From an uncultured bacterium (lineage in GTDB: Bacteria > Fermentibacterota > Fermentibacteria > Fermentibacterales > JCC-6): DNA of 64,000 nucleotides. The stretch is taken from positions 44,979-108,978 of the forward strand of contig CAYRQP010000002.1 in assembly GCA_964426545.1 (NCBI GenBank). The letters are read 5' to 3'. The translations under genes and the position numbers were made by a program. The notes under the pieces were generated by a model that was not told where the DNA came from, did not search any database, and saw only the letters and a program-made list of their open reading frames with translations. Position 1 is the stretch's first letter. Every line of letters starts with the position of its first letter. Of the stretch, positions 41,874 through 51,651 are shown piece by piece.

Positions 41874-43148
41874 ATGCCCGTAATTGTGGTTACAGGTTTG
41901 CAGTGGGGGGATGAAGGCAAAGGAAAGATGGTCGACCATCTTGCTGAATCAGCCCTGGCAGTAGCCAGGTTTTCGGGCGGAGCCAATGCCGGACACACCG
42001 TAGTTGTAGATGGAAGAAAAATCGTACTTCATCAGATTCCCTGCGGAATTATCAGACCGGGAGTTATCGGAATAATCGGAGCTTCGTGTGTTGTTGACCC
42101 TGTCTCTCTCATATCAGAAATTAAAATAACGGAAGAAGCAGGGATTTCAATAGGCGGAAGGCTTGCAATTTCGGGGAAAGCACATCTTGTGCACCCGGGA
42201 TACAAATTTCTCGAAAAAGCAGATGAAGAAAAACGAGACGCATCTGCAGTTGGAACCACCGGCAGGGGAATAGGACCAACCTATACCCAGAAGTTCATGC
42301 GGATGGGAATAAGGCTCGAGGATGCCTGCATTCCTTCCCTGATAGTTGAAAAAGCTGATAGCGTCGCAAAAGAATGTGCAGACACTCTAAACCTTTCTTC
42401 TGAAGATGAAGAGAGGCTGCAGGCTGAAACCCGGGAATTCATAGAAGCATCGCAGAATCTGGTTGAACATGCAGGCGATGTGTCGCTGATTATTCAGAAG
42501 ATTCTCGACAACGGCAAGACCCTGATCGCCGAAGGAGCACAGGGTTCTCTGCTGGACCCTGACCACGGCACCTATCCGTATGTCACCTGCGGTTCATGTA
42601 TTGCCGGTGCAGCAGGACTGAGTCTTGGTTTCGGTCCCACACGCATATCCGAAGTCGTTGGAATTCTGAAAGCCTACACAACACGCGTGGGAAACGGACC
42701 TTTCCCCACGGAACTGACAGGCAGTATAGGTGAGCGAATTCGTGAGCAGGGCAATGAATACGGCGCAACAACAGGAAGACCCCGGCGGTGCGGATGGTTC
42801 GACGGCGTATTGAGCAGATATACAGCGAGGATAAATGGAAGCACATGGATAACATTGACTCTCCTCGATGTACTCAGCGGACTCGATGAACTGAAGGTAT
42901 GCACGAGATACGAACTCGACCCTGAAATAGAAGCGTCCATTTTCGAGACAGGTGCAAGACTTGGAAAACACACTGCAGAATTTGAAACACTTCCGGGCTG
43001 GCAGGAAGACATCATGGGTGAGCAGAGCTGGGATTCTCTTCCGGTGAATGCCAGAAATTATGTAGAGTTTCTCGAAGATCTGGTTGGTGTTCATATCAAG
43101 GCCGTATCGACCGGACCCGACCGCAAAGATCTCATCTGGCGGAATTAA
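41874..43148 (+). CDS. purA: adenylosuccinate synthetase
   Basis: MPVIVVTGLQWGDEGKGK…GGANAGHT… conserved PurA N-terminus, 424 aa. Confidence 0.93.
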   Translation: MPVIVVTGLQWGDEGKGKMVDHLAESALAVARFSGGANAGHTVVVDGRKIVLHQIPCGIIRPGVIGIIGASCVVDPVSLISEIKITEEAGISIGGRLAISGKAHLVHPGYKFLEKADEEKRDASAVGTTGRGIGPTYTQKFMRMGIRLEDACIPSLIVEKADSVAKECADTLNLSSEDEERLQAETREFIEASQNLVEHAGDVSLIIQKILDNGKTLIAEGAQGSLLDPDHGTYPYVTCGSCIAGAAGLSLGFGPTRISEVVGILKAYTTRVGNGPFPTELTGSIGERIREQGNEYGATTGRPRRCGWFDGVLSRYTARINGSTWITLTLLDVLSGLDELKVCTRYELDPEIEASIFETGARLGKHTAEFETLPGWQEDIMGEQSWDSLPVNARNYVEFLEDLVGVHIKAVSTGPDRKDLIWRN

Positions 43149-43165
43149 ACTGAAATTGTGGTATC

Positions 43166-44521
43166 ATGCCTGAATATTTCGACACTCACTGTCATCTTTA
43201 TTATGACAGGTATCAGAACGATATAAGCGATGTTATCGACTCTGCCCGTTCTAATGGAGTAACGGGAATGTTAGTCCCCGGAGTCGATGAAGATACCAGT
43301 TTTCAGGCATCTGAACTGGCGGCAAGATTCAATGGTGTATATGCAGCTGTCGGACTGCAGCCCAATGAATCACCGAAATATCCGGATTCCTATATCGAAA
43401 AACTGGCTGAATTGATAATCGAGCCCGGAGTCATTGCCATCGGAGAAACAGGGCTGGATTATTACCGCACGAAGGTTTCCCGTGAGACTCAGTACAAACA
43501 TCTGCGTCAACAGTTTGAACTTGCAGAGAAATTGGGTTATCCGATTATTCTGCATTCCAGGGGAGCTGAGAAGGAACTTATGGACTTTCTGGTTGAAAGA
43601 GAACCGGATATGCCCATTATATTTCATTGCTATACAGGAACGCTTGAAACAGCAGTCAGGGCAGCAGAAAAGGGATATTTTATCAGTTTTGCAGGTCCGG
43701 TTACATTCAGAAAAGAAGAATACCTGCGCGAAATGGCCAGGAAACTCCCGCTTGAACAGATCCTTATAGAAACTGACGGGCCTTTCATGTCCCCTGAACC
43801 GCTACGGGGCAGAAGGAATGAACCGGCATATGTAAGGTATATAGCAGATGTAATTGCAGATATACGGAAAGAACCTGCAGAAACCGTGACATCTCAACTA
43901 ATCGAAAACTCAAATAGAGCGCTCCTCCTCGGAAAGCACAGGCGGACCGACCTCGTGTATTCGTTGAATGAACGGATCTACATGAATATCACAGGGCAAT
44001 GCTCTAACAGGTGCAGTTTCTGCATAAAGAACAGGCAGGACGGTATCGGCGGATATTATCTACAGCACAGATGTGAACCTGACAGTATTAGGTTGAAAAA
44101 CACTCTCGATATTCTCAAGCCTGAGTGGGGAAGCGAACTTGTCTTCTGCGGATACGGTGAGCCTACCATGCGGCACAGTCTGCTGGGGGAACTTGCTCAA
44201 AAGGCAGGAAGAAAAGGATTTAAGACACGGCTAAATACAAACGGACTGTGCCTTTCCAGGATTTCTGCGGAGAAAGCGGGGGCGTTCCTCAGACATTTCG
44301 ATATTGTCAGCATCAGTCTGAATGCATCGAATGAACATGAGTATAATCGGACATGCCGTCCTGAAAGCAGTGAGGCGTGGAAATTTCTTCATAAATTTGT
44401 ACTTCTGGCCGGGAAAACGGCTCGGGTACGGCTGACAGCGGTCAGAAATTCAGAGATAGATATCGAACAGGTTAAGAAGTATGCAGAAGAGATGGGTTTT
44501 TCATTGAGGGTCAGGGGATAA
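43166..44521 (+). CDS. TatD-family hydrolase fused in-frame to a C-terminal radical-SAM domain
   Basis: N-terminal ~255 aa: TatD motifs (FDTHCHL…, …EPGVIAIGETGLDY…, …ILHSRGA…, …LLIETDGPFM…); C-terminal ~190 aa contains C-x3-C-x2-C (ITGQCSNRCSFC) radical-SAM cluster motif; single continuous ORF. Confidence 0.8.
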   Translation: MPEYFDTHCHLYYDRYQNDISDVIDSARSNGVTGMLVPGVDEDTSFQASELAARFNGVYAAVGLQPNESPKYPDSYIEKLAELIIEPGVIAIGETGLDYYRTKVSRETQYKHLRQQFELAEKLGYPIILHSRGAEKELMDFLVEREPDMPIIFHCYTGTLETAVRAAEKGYFISFAGPVTFRKEEYLREMARKLPLEQILIETDGPFMSPEPLRGRRNEPAYVRYIADVIADIRKEPAETVTSQLIENSNRALLLGKHRRTDLVYSLNERIYMNITGQCSNRCSFCIKNRQDGIGGYYLQHRCEPDSIRLKNTLDILKPEWGSELVFCGYGEPTMRHSLLGELAQKAGRKGFKTRLNTNGLCLSRISAEKAGAFLRHFDIVSISLNASNEHEYNRTCRPESSEAWKFLHKFVLLAGKTARVRLTAVRNSEIDIEQVKKYAEEMGFSLRVRG

Positions 44522-45336
44522 TGCTTAGGACTGAGATAGAACAGAGGTTGAAGCTTGCGGGGATACACCCGTCCCGGGACCTGGGTCAGAATTTTCTTCT
44601 GAATGACCAGATTGCTTCTCTGATTGCAGCAGAAGCGCCATCATCCCGGAGTGTCCTCGAAATAGGATCCGGGTTGGGTGCCCTGACTGAAAAACTCATT
44701 CCTGTCTGCAGGGAACTCACCGGAATAGAAATCTCCTCGAGAATGAGTGCTTTCCTCAAGGCAACTTACCCCGCTGAAGACATTAGGATTGTAACTGCGG
44801 ATTTTCTCACTATTGAATTACAGGATATCCCGGGTTATCCATTCGATACCATTGTAGGTAACCTGCCTTATTCAATATCATCTCCCATTCTGTTCAGATT
44901 TCTGGAAGGTTCCTTTTCATGTGCAGAAAAAATAGTTGTTATGCTTCAGCGGGAGGTGGCCATCCGTTTAAGTTCGCTCGACGGAGGAAAGGAATACGGC
45001 AAACTGTCTTTGCAGTTATGGCCTTACTTTACTGTGAAAACTCTCCTTGATGCCGTGCCTGACGATTTTTACCCTGCTCCGGATGTCCACTCTCGTGTGG
45101 TGGTATTGCATAAAAGAAAAGAACCTTTGATATCCAAGGAACTTTTCCCATATTTTAGAAAGGTTGTCAAAGCATCTTTTGCCATGCGGCGGAAGACAAT
45201 TTTGAATAATCTGACTAATCTGTGCGGGCGTGATGCCGCACGGGATGTGCTGGAAGAACTTGGAATCGATGACATGAAAAGGGCTGAACAACTAAAGCCC
45301 AGAGAGTTCATTAGACTGGCGAAGGAGCTTAGGTGA
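44521..45336 (+). CDS. rsmA: 16S rRNA (adenine1518/1519-N6)-dimethyltransferase
   Basis: …GQNFLLN…EIGSGLGALT… KsgA motifs. Confidence 0.88.
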   Translation: MLRTEIEQRLKLAGIHPSRDLGQNFLLNDQIASLIAAEAPSSRSVLEIGSGLGALTEKLIPVCRELTGIEISSRMSAFLKATYPAEDIRIVTADFLTIELQDIPGYPFDTIVGNLPYSISSPILFRFLEGSFSCAEKIVVMLQREVAIRLSSLDGGKEYGKLSLQLWPYFTVKTLLDAVPDDFYPAPDVHSRVVVLHKRKEPLISKELFPYFRKVVKASFAMRRKTILNNLTNLCGRDAARDVLEELGIDDMKRAEQLKPREFIRLAKELR

Positions 45337-47177
45337 GGAGATTTTTCGCGGTACTGATTCTGCTTGCAGTATGCAGTGTATCTGCAGTGAACATAGGATA
45401 CAATATCTCCCTGAATCAGTATAAACAGACCAGCCATCTGAATAACTCCATATCTCTTGCCATGCAGTTATCATCGAGGATCAGGATGAATGCGAACGCG
45501 TCATTTTCTGCTCAGCGAAGTGAAGACCTGCACAGGTTTCTCGATGGAAGAAACGGTTCTGCCGCATTGAGTTATTCACCCGCTGATAACATAGAACTCG
45601 GAATCAACCTGAACAGAACCATCAGCATAGAAGAACGATACGGAGAAGTGCAGAGTGATCATCTGAACAACTCCACATCCGGTCAGATACGGTTTTCTCC
45701 ATACGACTGGCTTTCACTCGACATTTCTCTTGGTGCGCATTTTGTGGACTATATGAATCCATCGGGTGATTCCACTATAACCGGGCATGACCAGGGCGGT
45801 ATCAGAAATGCGGACATCAGCCTGAACAAGACCCTGTTCGACGGTTTGAATTCGAGTCTTCAATTCAGTGAACACAGAACGCTTGGAGAGGAAAATGATT
45901 CCGGAAAGGATGCTCTTAACTGCAGGCTCAACTACAGTTTTCCCCGAATGTTCAATGGGGGCAGTATTAACATATCAGCCGGAGCATCTAGAATGTTCAC
46001 AACATACAAGGATTCTTCCAACAGCCATAGGCAGCAGAGCTGGAATTACGATATGTCCGTTGTCGTTCCTACGCCGCTTGAGTTTCTCGCTATCGAGATT
46101 TCGACCGGCTGGGATTACAACAAGCGGTATTGGGAATATGTAATTAATGATCCCACACAAATACAGCCTGTAGAAAGTCCGGCTGAAGATGTCCGAGACA
46201 GAAAAAATCAGGGAAGGGATATATCGGCATCGCTTCGATATCAGATACTGGATGACCTTCTTCTGAACATCTCGATATCGAGAGGTATCAACAGAAATGA
46301 CAGGAAACGGAGCGGGACCGGATTAGATACGCTGTTCAATGTGTATGACATAAGCGACAACAGGAAGTTTCATGCCACGCTTCAGTATTTCCCCAATGAT
46401 GTGCGAATTACATTTGAGCGCGTTATTCAACTTTACTGCTACGATTCATACGGTACATGGAAAGACACTTATGGAACTACTTACAGTGATGAGAGTGACA
46501 GAGATGAACTCAGGGAAGTGCTGGCATTGTCTATTCAGATTCCGATTTCAGGGACAATGACACTAGAGGGAGACATACAGGGACAGAATACAGAGACCAT
46601 ATATCTGAAAGCAGCACAATCGGGCAACAGCAAGGAGTCGTCTACATACAGTGTCAGTCCGGGATTTAGATTTACACCCGGGGGAGATTGGACTTTGAGC
46701 GAATCCGTCAGATTCAGTGCGGACTATACGACCTTTCTATTCCCCGACTACAGCAGTAGCGGGAGTAATCTGCTTTTCAGAAAAGTTGAGTCTCAGATGG
46801 CATTCCAAAGGATATCTCAGGACAGTACAACACTTGGTGTTAGCCACAGATTCCATTTTCAGGATCAGGGAAGTTATGAAAATTCGATATTCTATCGCTC
46901 GGAAGAAAGTTTTAACAGTACCCTGACACTGAATATGGGTTTTCATACAGGAAATGCAGTTGGCATCACCCCCAGTTACTCATGGGAGTATTCGAGAAGG
47001 AATTACATCGCATCGAGTTCTCCGTCTGTAATCGAGCATATGCACCATGTAGGGCTGAGAACCAGAATGAATCTGTCAGAAGGTTTTCTCACAATGCAGA
47101 TAAGAAGGACATTCTATTCCAGAGATAACCGCGAAAGTTACTGGTATGCGACAGTCGGACTTAACTACCAGTTTTAG
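45333..47177 (+). CDS. large outer-membrane beta-barrel protein (614 aa, uncharacterized)
   Basis: Signal peptide MRRFFAVLILLAVCSVSA, pervasive amphipathic beta-strand pattern, C-terminal …VGLNYQF; overlaps rsmA stop by 4 nt. Confidence 0.6.
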   Translation: MRRFFAVLILLAVCSVSAVNIGYNISLNQYKQTSHLNNSISLAMQLSSRIRMNANASFSAQRSEDLHRFLDGRNGSAALSYSPADNIELGINLNRTISIEERYGEVQSDHLNNSTSGQIRFSPYDWLSLDISLGAHFVDYMNPSGDSTITGHDQGGIRNADISLNKTLFDGLNSSLQFSEHRTLGEENDSGKDALNCRLNYSFPRMFNGGSINISAGASRMFTTYKDSSNSHRQQSWNYDMSVVVPTPLEFLAIEISTGWDYNKRYWEYVINDPTQIQPVESPAEDVRDRKNQGRDISASLRYQILDDLLLNISISRGINRNDRKRSGTGLDTLFNVYDISDNRKFHATLQYFPNDVRITFERVIQLYCYDSYGTWKDTYGTTYSDESDRDELREVLALSIQIPISGTMTLEGDIQGQNTETIYLKAAQSGNSKESSTYSVSPGFRFTPGGDWTLSESVRFSADYTTFLFPDYSSSGSNLLFRKVESQMAFQRISQDSTTLGVSHRFHFQDQGSYENSIFYRSEESFNSTLTLNMGFHTGNAVGITPSYSWEYSRRNYIASSSPSVIEHMHHVGLRTRMNLSEGFLTMQIRRTFYSRDNRESYWYATVGLNYQF

Positions 47178-47185
47178 AGGGATAT

Positions 47186-47806
47186 ATGAATAATTCAAAA
47201 ATCACTCTTGTATCAGGCATTACTTTGCTTCTGGTTGCGGGGTGTTCGTTCTTTGAACCCGGTTTCCCTGAAGATCCCGATCCCAGCTCGGGGATAACAT
47301 GGTATCAACCTTACTCTCCGGGTACAGTTGTTACGAATATTCAGAACTCCATGGAAGGCAGGTCCATCACGATGTACTCTTCCTGCCTTGATAGTTCATT
47401 TACATTCATTGCCGATCCGCTCGATACACTTGAATTTTGGAATATCTGGGATTTCAGCAATTGGGATTTCAGCGTTGAGCAGAATACGATATCGAATATT
47501 TTCGCCTTTGTAACATCATCGGGATTTCCCGAAGACAGCATGCTGGTTGTGGAGTTTTCTATGGTGGAGGAGTATCCTGACCCGGCTGCACCTTCAGACA
47601 GTGCTGAGATCTGGCGCGACTATGAGATAATTACAGCAGGTGCGGAACACGGCGGTTGGGATGAACCTGCCTTGGGCCGGGCAAAGATGTTCATGGTCGA
47701 AGATGACTACGGACTTTGGTCACTCGTGAAGTGGGAAGACTACCGCCCTGAGGATTATACCGGCGACAATTACACATGGGCCGTCGTCAAAGCCACCTCC
47801 CGCTAA
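47186..47806 (+). CDS. lipoprotein (uncharacterized), co-transcribed with the upstream barrel gene
   Basis: Lipobox LLVAGC; 206 aa, acidic/Trp-rich. Confidence 0.55.
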   Translation: MNNSKITLVSGITLLLVAGCSFFEPGFPEDPDPSSGITWYQPYSPGTVVTNIQNSMEGRSITMYSSCLDSSFTFIADPLDTLEFWNIWDFSNWDFSVEQNTISNIFAFVTSSGFPEDSMLVVEFSMVEEYPDPAAPSDSAEIWRDYEIITAGAEHGGWDEPALGRAKMFMVEDDYGLWSLVKWEDYRPEDYTGDNYTWAVVKATSR

Positions 47807-47851
47807 CGGGGACTTTCTTGAATCTTTTAACTTATGCAACAGGAAAAGAAA

Positions 47852-47883
47852 GAATACTTGAAATAAACCGCCATTCAAGTATT
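47852..47883 (+). terminator. hairpin downstream of lipoprotein gene
   Basis: AATACTTGAA-(11 nt)-TTCAAGTATT, 10-bp stem; weak U-tract. Confidence 0.3.
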
Positions 47884-47903
47884 AGTTCGAAAAATAGTGT
47901 TCA

Positions 47904-48530
47904 ATGGAATTCCTGAAGAACAGGAAAACCGAAACTGGTATATCTAAACTCCAGGTACTTCCATGCGGAGTCAGCTTATTTCAAGCAGAAGGATCGGAAT
48001 TCACAACGGATTCTCTCCTTTTATCCGAATCGATAAGAATATCTCCCGGAGCCGGAATCGCAGAACTCGGCTGCGGAACAGGAGGAGTCACATTCTCGGC
48101 TGCGAAGAACAATCCTGAATGCATTTGGCTTGGAATAGACATTCAGGAGAAACTTCTAAAACTTGCATTGAAATCAGCTGCTCTTCAAGAACTGAAAATA
48201 GATTTTACTGCACTATGCTGTAGTGTCGAGAATGTTCCGCGATTGATTCAGGGAAATTCATTCGATGCGGTAATGACAAATCCACCTTTTAACATAAGCG
48301 GCTCAGGGAGGCAAAGTCCCATTCCTTCGAGAAAAAAGTCTCGTTCAGGCAGTTCACTGCTTATTTATCAATTTGTTCGCGCAGCTGGACATCTTTTAAA
48401 ACCAGGTGGAATATTTGCAATAGTAGGTACCCCGGAAATGGTGCCGAAGATATTGCTTGGGTGTGAGACATATAATCTGCGACTGGTCGAAAGCGGTGAT
48501 GTTATGCAATTTGAGAAACCTACAGACTAA
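47904..48530 (+). CDS. class I SAM-dependent methyltransferase (N6-adenine/NPPF-motif type, TrmN6/YfiC-like)
   Basis: …ELGCGTGGV… motif I and …MTNPPF… motif IV. Confidence 0.7.
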   Translation: MEFLKNRKTETGISKLQVLPCGVSLFQAEGSEFTTDSLLLSESIRISPGAGIAELGCGTGGVTFSAAKNNPECIWLGIDIQEKLLKLALKSAALQELKIDFTALCCSVENVPRLIQGNSFDAVMTNPPFNISGSGRQSPIPSRKKSRSGSSLLIYQFVRAAGHLLKPGGIFAIVGTPEMVPKILLGCETYNLRLVESGDVMQFEKPTD

Positions 48531-50080
48531 TCCACAACGACATGAGCTGCAAATCGACTCTTGTACTCTCCCCACTTACTCTTGTTCCAGATTACATCAT
48601 AAGACAGGCAGTCAGCAGCTGCAATTCCCATTTCCATTGCATGATGAGTATTGTCATGTACGAAAAGCCCCTGTCTGCCGAGAGTAACAATTTTGTCATA
48701 AGTGTATAGGTGTTGCTCGATAATGCCGAGATGATCTTCGAATTCCAGATTATATACCGGATAGACATTACCTTTTCTGCATTCCAGGGAATTTGTATTT
48801 TGCGGGTACTTTGTTGAGAAATCGGAAAGTTTCACATCAGTATAAGGAACCCTTGCTTCTATAGAATATGCCATTGTCATCCTGTCGTTTTTAACCATAA
48901 GGTCATGGGGGAGATGACAGGAGGTATCGATGTAAAGCAATCTGTTCAGATCTGAATCTGCATCACATTCTGCAAAGATGTCTCTGAAATAGTGTGCCGA
49001 ATCAGAAAATCTGTTGAATCGTCGATGGTCATCAAGAATATTAGTTTTTACATCTTCGAAGAGAACGGCAGGTCGGAAGAAGCGAAAATCCGGGATACCA
49101 AGTTCGGCTCCTACCATGAATCTCTTTGCCTTGAATTCGAAACTGAGTTTCTTGTCTGATACAGGCAATCGCTTAACGATACTCCTGATTAAACGCTGTC
49201 TGATGAAATGGGGAACAGTCCTTCTGCAGATATTGCGGATTTTGTGTGCGGCATGAGTGTCATACCCCGAATAGCTTCATCGCCGCCTTCACCTGAAAGC
49301 AGCACTTTTACATATTTCTGTGCTTCAGCGGAGAGGAGCATGAAGGGGATGGCAGAACCATCTCCGATGGGTTCATCCATGTAAGCACCTGCCTGAAAAT
49401 GTTCTTTTTCACATCACCGGATTGATGGTTATTTCATTGTGAATAGAACCTGCATATTCAGCCATGGCTCTTTGGTAGTGAGATTCATCGAAACTCTTCT
49501 CATTGATTTTCAGTGAAAAAGAGTGAAGTTCAGTACTCTTTCCCAGAATTCGCGCAAGCCCGAGAATCGAACTGCTGTCCAGTCCGCCTGAAAGTGTAGT
49601 TCCGATAGGAGCATCGGAAATCAGGTTCCTGTCGACCCTTCCAGAATTACCTGATAGGAACCTTCTTCGACATCTTCCATGGTCATCCATAGTCGGGAGT
49701 AAATCTGATTCTGTAGTACTCTTCGGGAACCGGACATGAAGGATTGTCGAGGTCAATTTCAATCAGGTGTGCTCCATCGAGTTCATTCACCTTTCCGAAA
49801 GCGGTTAACGTTCCCGGAATGTAGGCAAGAAAGAAGTAATGAAAGATAGCTTCCCTGTTTACGCGGAGAGTGAAACCGGGAATTTCCATAAGGATTTTAT
49901 TTCAGATGAGAAATACAGTTTCCCGTTCAATTCCATCCAGAAAAGAGGTCGGGTTCCGTAGAAATCCCTGTATCTTCCAACCCGTGGTGACGAAGCAGGG
50001 AAGTCATCCCCGTGCCGTGCCGGATGTCCGGGTCCGTGAGATGAGAGTCAAGACTGATTATGCCAGCAATTCCACACATG
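48527..50080 (-). pseudogene. asnB: asparagine synthase (glutamine-hydrolysing) pseudogene: internal deletion plus multiple frameshifts
   Basis: Five consecutive minus-strand pieces in different frames: MCGIAGI… (50080-49927, hand-translated), …HYFFLAYIPGT… (49889-49683), …LSGGLDSSSI… PP-loop (49762-49409), …DEPIGDGSAIP…LLSGEGGDE (49380-49189), C-terminal 213 aa (49168-48527); ~115 aa of the glutaminase domain missing. Confidence 0.75.
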
Positions 50081-50172
50081 TATCGATCACTCCAATGTAA
50101 GGCAACTCTAAATCAAGTATCTATAGTCTATGTGAATATAGTAGTTTATATTAAAACACTGAAAGGTGTGAT

Positions 50173-51606
50173 ATGAAAATCAACTTGAATCGATTGTCGG
50201 TGAAGCTGAAATCCATCAGCACTCTGCAGATTCTCATAATCGTATTCCTGATTGCCCTTAGTTTGAGAGTTGCGGTACTGTTCACAAATCCACACAATAT
50301 CGCTGACCACTGGGACGTGTCACATTATGTTGTTATTGCACGAAATCTCGCTGATGGAAACGGTTTTGCGAATGAACCTGGACACCCGACTGCATTCAGA
50401 TTTCCGCTTCTCCCGCCTGTTCTCTCTCTGTTCTTCAGAATATTTAGAGAAAGGTCTCTGGTTTTTGGGCAGTGGTACATCCCTTTTCTCTTTTTTCAAT
50501 CTATCCTGGGTGCACTGATTGCACCAATTACGGCATGGATAGGTCATGAGATAAAGGGAAAAACCCTTGCTCTCCTGGCAGGAATGCTGGTTGCAGTAAA
50601 CACGGAACTGATATCCTATTCACGGATGATGCTTCCAGAAACCATATTTTCCTTTTTGCTGTGCCTGATAGCTCTGCTTTGCATATATCTGATTCCGGGA
50701 AAAAGGAGAATACTCACATTCGCTGGCGGAATTCTTCTGGGTCTAGCAGTCCTCTGCCGTCCGGTAGCTATCGGTTGGGGGATTCTCCTTGCCGTTATCT
50801 TCATGTTCCGGAAAGAATACAAATTGAGGGCGCGAATCAATCTCATTCTTCTCCTTGCAGCTGGCGGCATAGTAACGGTTGCACCTTGGCTCATCAGAAA
50901 TCAGATTGTAATGAGCTCTCCTGTTTTCAGCACATCGAGCGGCATAGCATTCTGGCTTTACGGCCACAATGATGCTGCCAGGGCTGACGGGGATACTCAT
51001 ATCCCCGAAGAATACATAAAAGTAAATGAAATGGTTCGCCCCAGGGAATATCACATGCAGGAAGGTGGCGATCCCGCACAGATGATCCCCATCTACAATA
51101 TGGAACCCGGGTATGAAGCATACGGATTCGAGCGATCTGTTGTCGACAGGCTCGAAGGGCTTGAAGAGATTGAAGCCAATCAGGAATTCAATAGCATGGC
51201 GTGGGAATACATATGGGCAAATCCGTTTGAAACGTTGACACACTCCATTAGCAGCCTGTTCCAAACCGTTGCCTATGCAGAAATGGATGGGAAAATCAAT
51301 ATCCAACTTACATTGATTATGCCATTTATTCTCCTCGGTATGTACTGGTTATGGAAACATTCGAGACACATTGCGCTGATAATCCTGGCATGTCTTCTAT
51401 CTATGCTGGCAGTTCATTTCCTGTTTTATTTCGACCATAGATTCAGAGTGCCATATCTACCTTTCCTGGCACTACTCGGAGCAGCAGGATTTCTTACTGC
51501 GATAAACGGAAATTTGATTCGAACAGAGAAAAACTTCTTCTTCGGCTGGATGGTGGTTCCTGTAGTCGTCAATTATTTTCTTCTATGGGGAAATACTACT
51601 GGATAA
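50173..51606 (+). CDS. glycosyltransferase family 39 (ArnT/PMT-like membrane glycosyltransferase)
   Basis: 477 aa, many TM helices, N-terminal periplasmic-loop pattern typical of ArnT/PMT_2. Confidence 0.7.
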   Translation: MKINLNRLSVKLKSISTLQILIIVFLIALSLRVAVLFTNPHNIADHWDVSHYVVIARNLADGNGFANEPGHPTAFRFPLLPPVLSLFFRIFRERSLVFGQWYIPFLFFQSILGALIAPITAWIGHEIKGKTLALLAGMLVAVNTELISYSRMMLPETIFSFLLCLIALLCIYLIPGKRRILTFAGGILLGLAVLCRPVAIGWGILLAVIFMFRKEYKLRARINLILLLAAGGIVTVAPWLIRNQIVMSSPVFSTSSGIAFWLYGHNDAARADGDTHIPEEYIKVNEMVRPREYHMQEGGDPAQMIPIYNMEPGYEAYGFERSVVDRLEGLEEIEANQEFNSMAWEYIWANPFETLTHSISSLFQTVAYAEMDGKINIQLTLIMPFILLGMYWLWKHSRHIALIILACLLSMLAVHFLFYFDHRFRVPYLPFLALLGAAGFLTAINGNLIRTEKNFFFGWMVVPVVVNYFLLWGNTTG

Positions 51607-51651
51607 TGATTTAAGGATACAGACATCAATACACAACAACATACTCGATTT

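Noticed and set aside
45333-47177. Calling the 614-aa barrel LptD
   Set aside because: No N-terminal OstA/beta-jellyroll domain is present and the size is too small, so only the weaker statement (LptD-locus-like synteny) is made.
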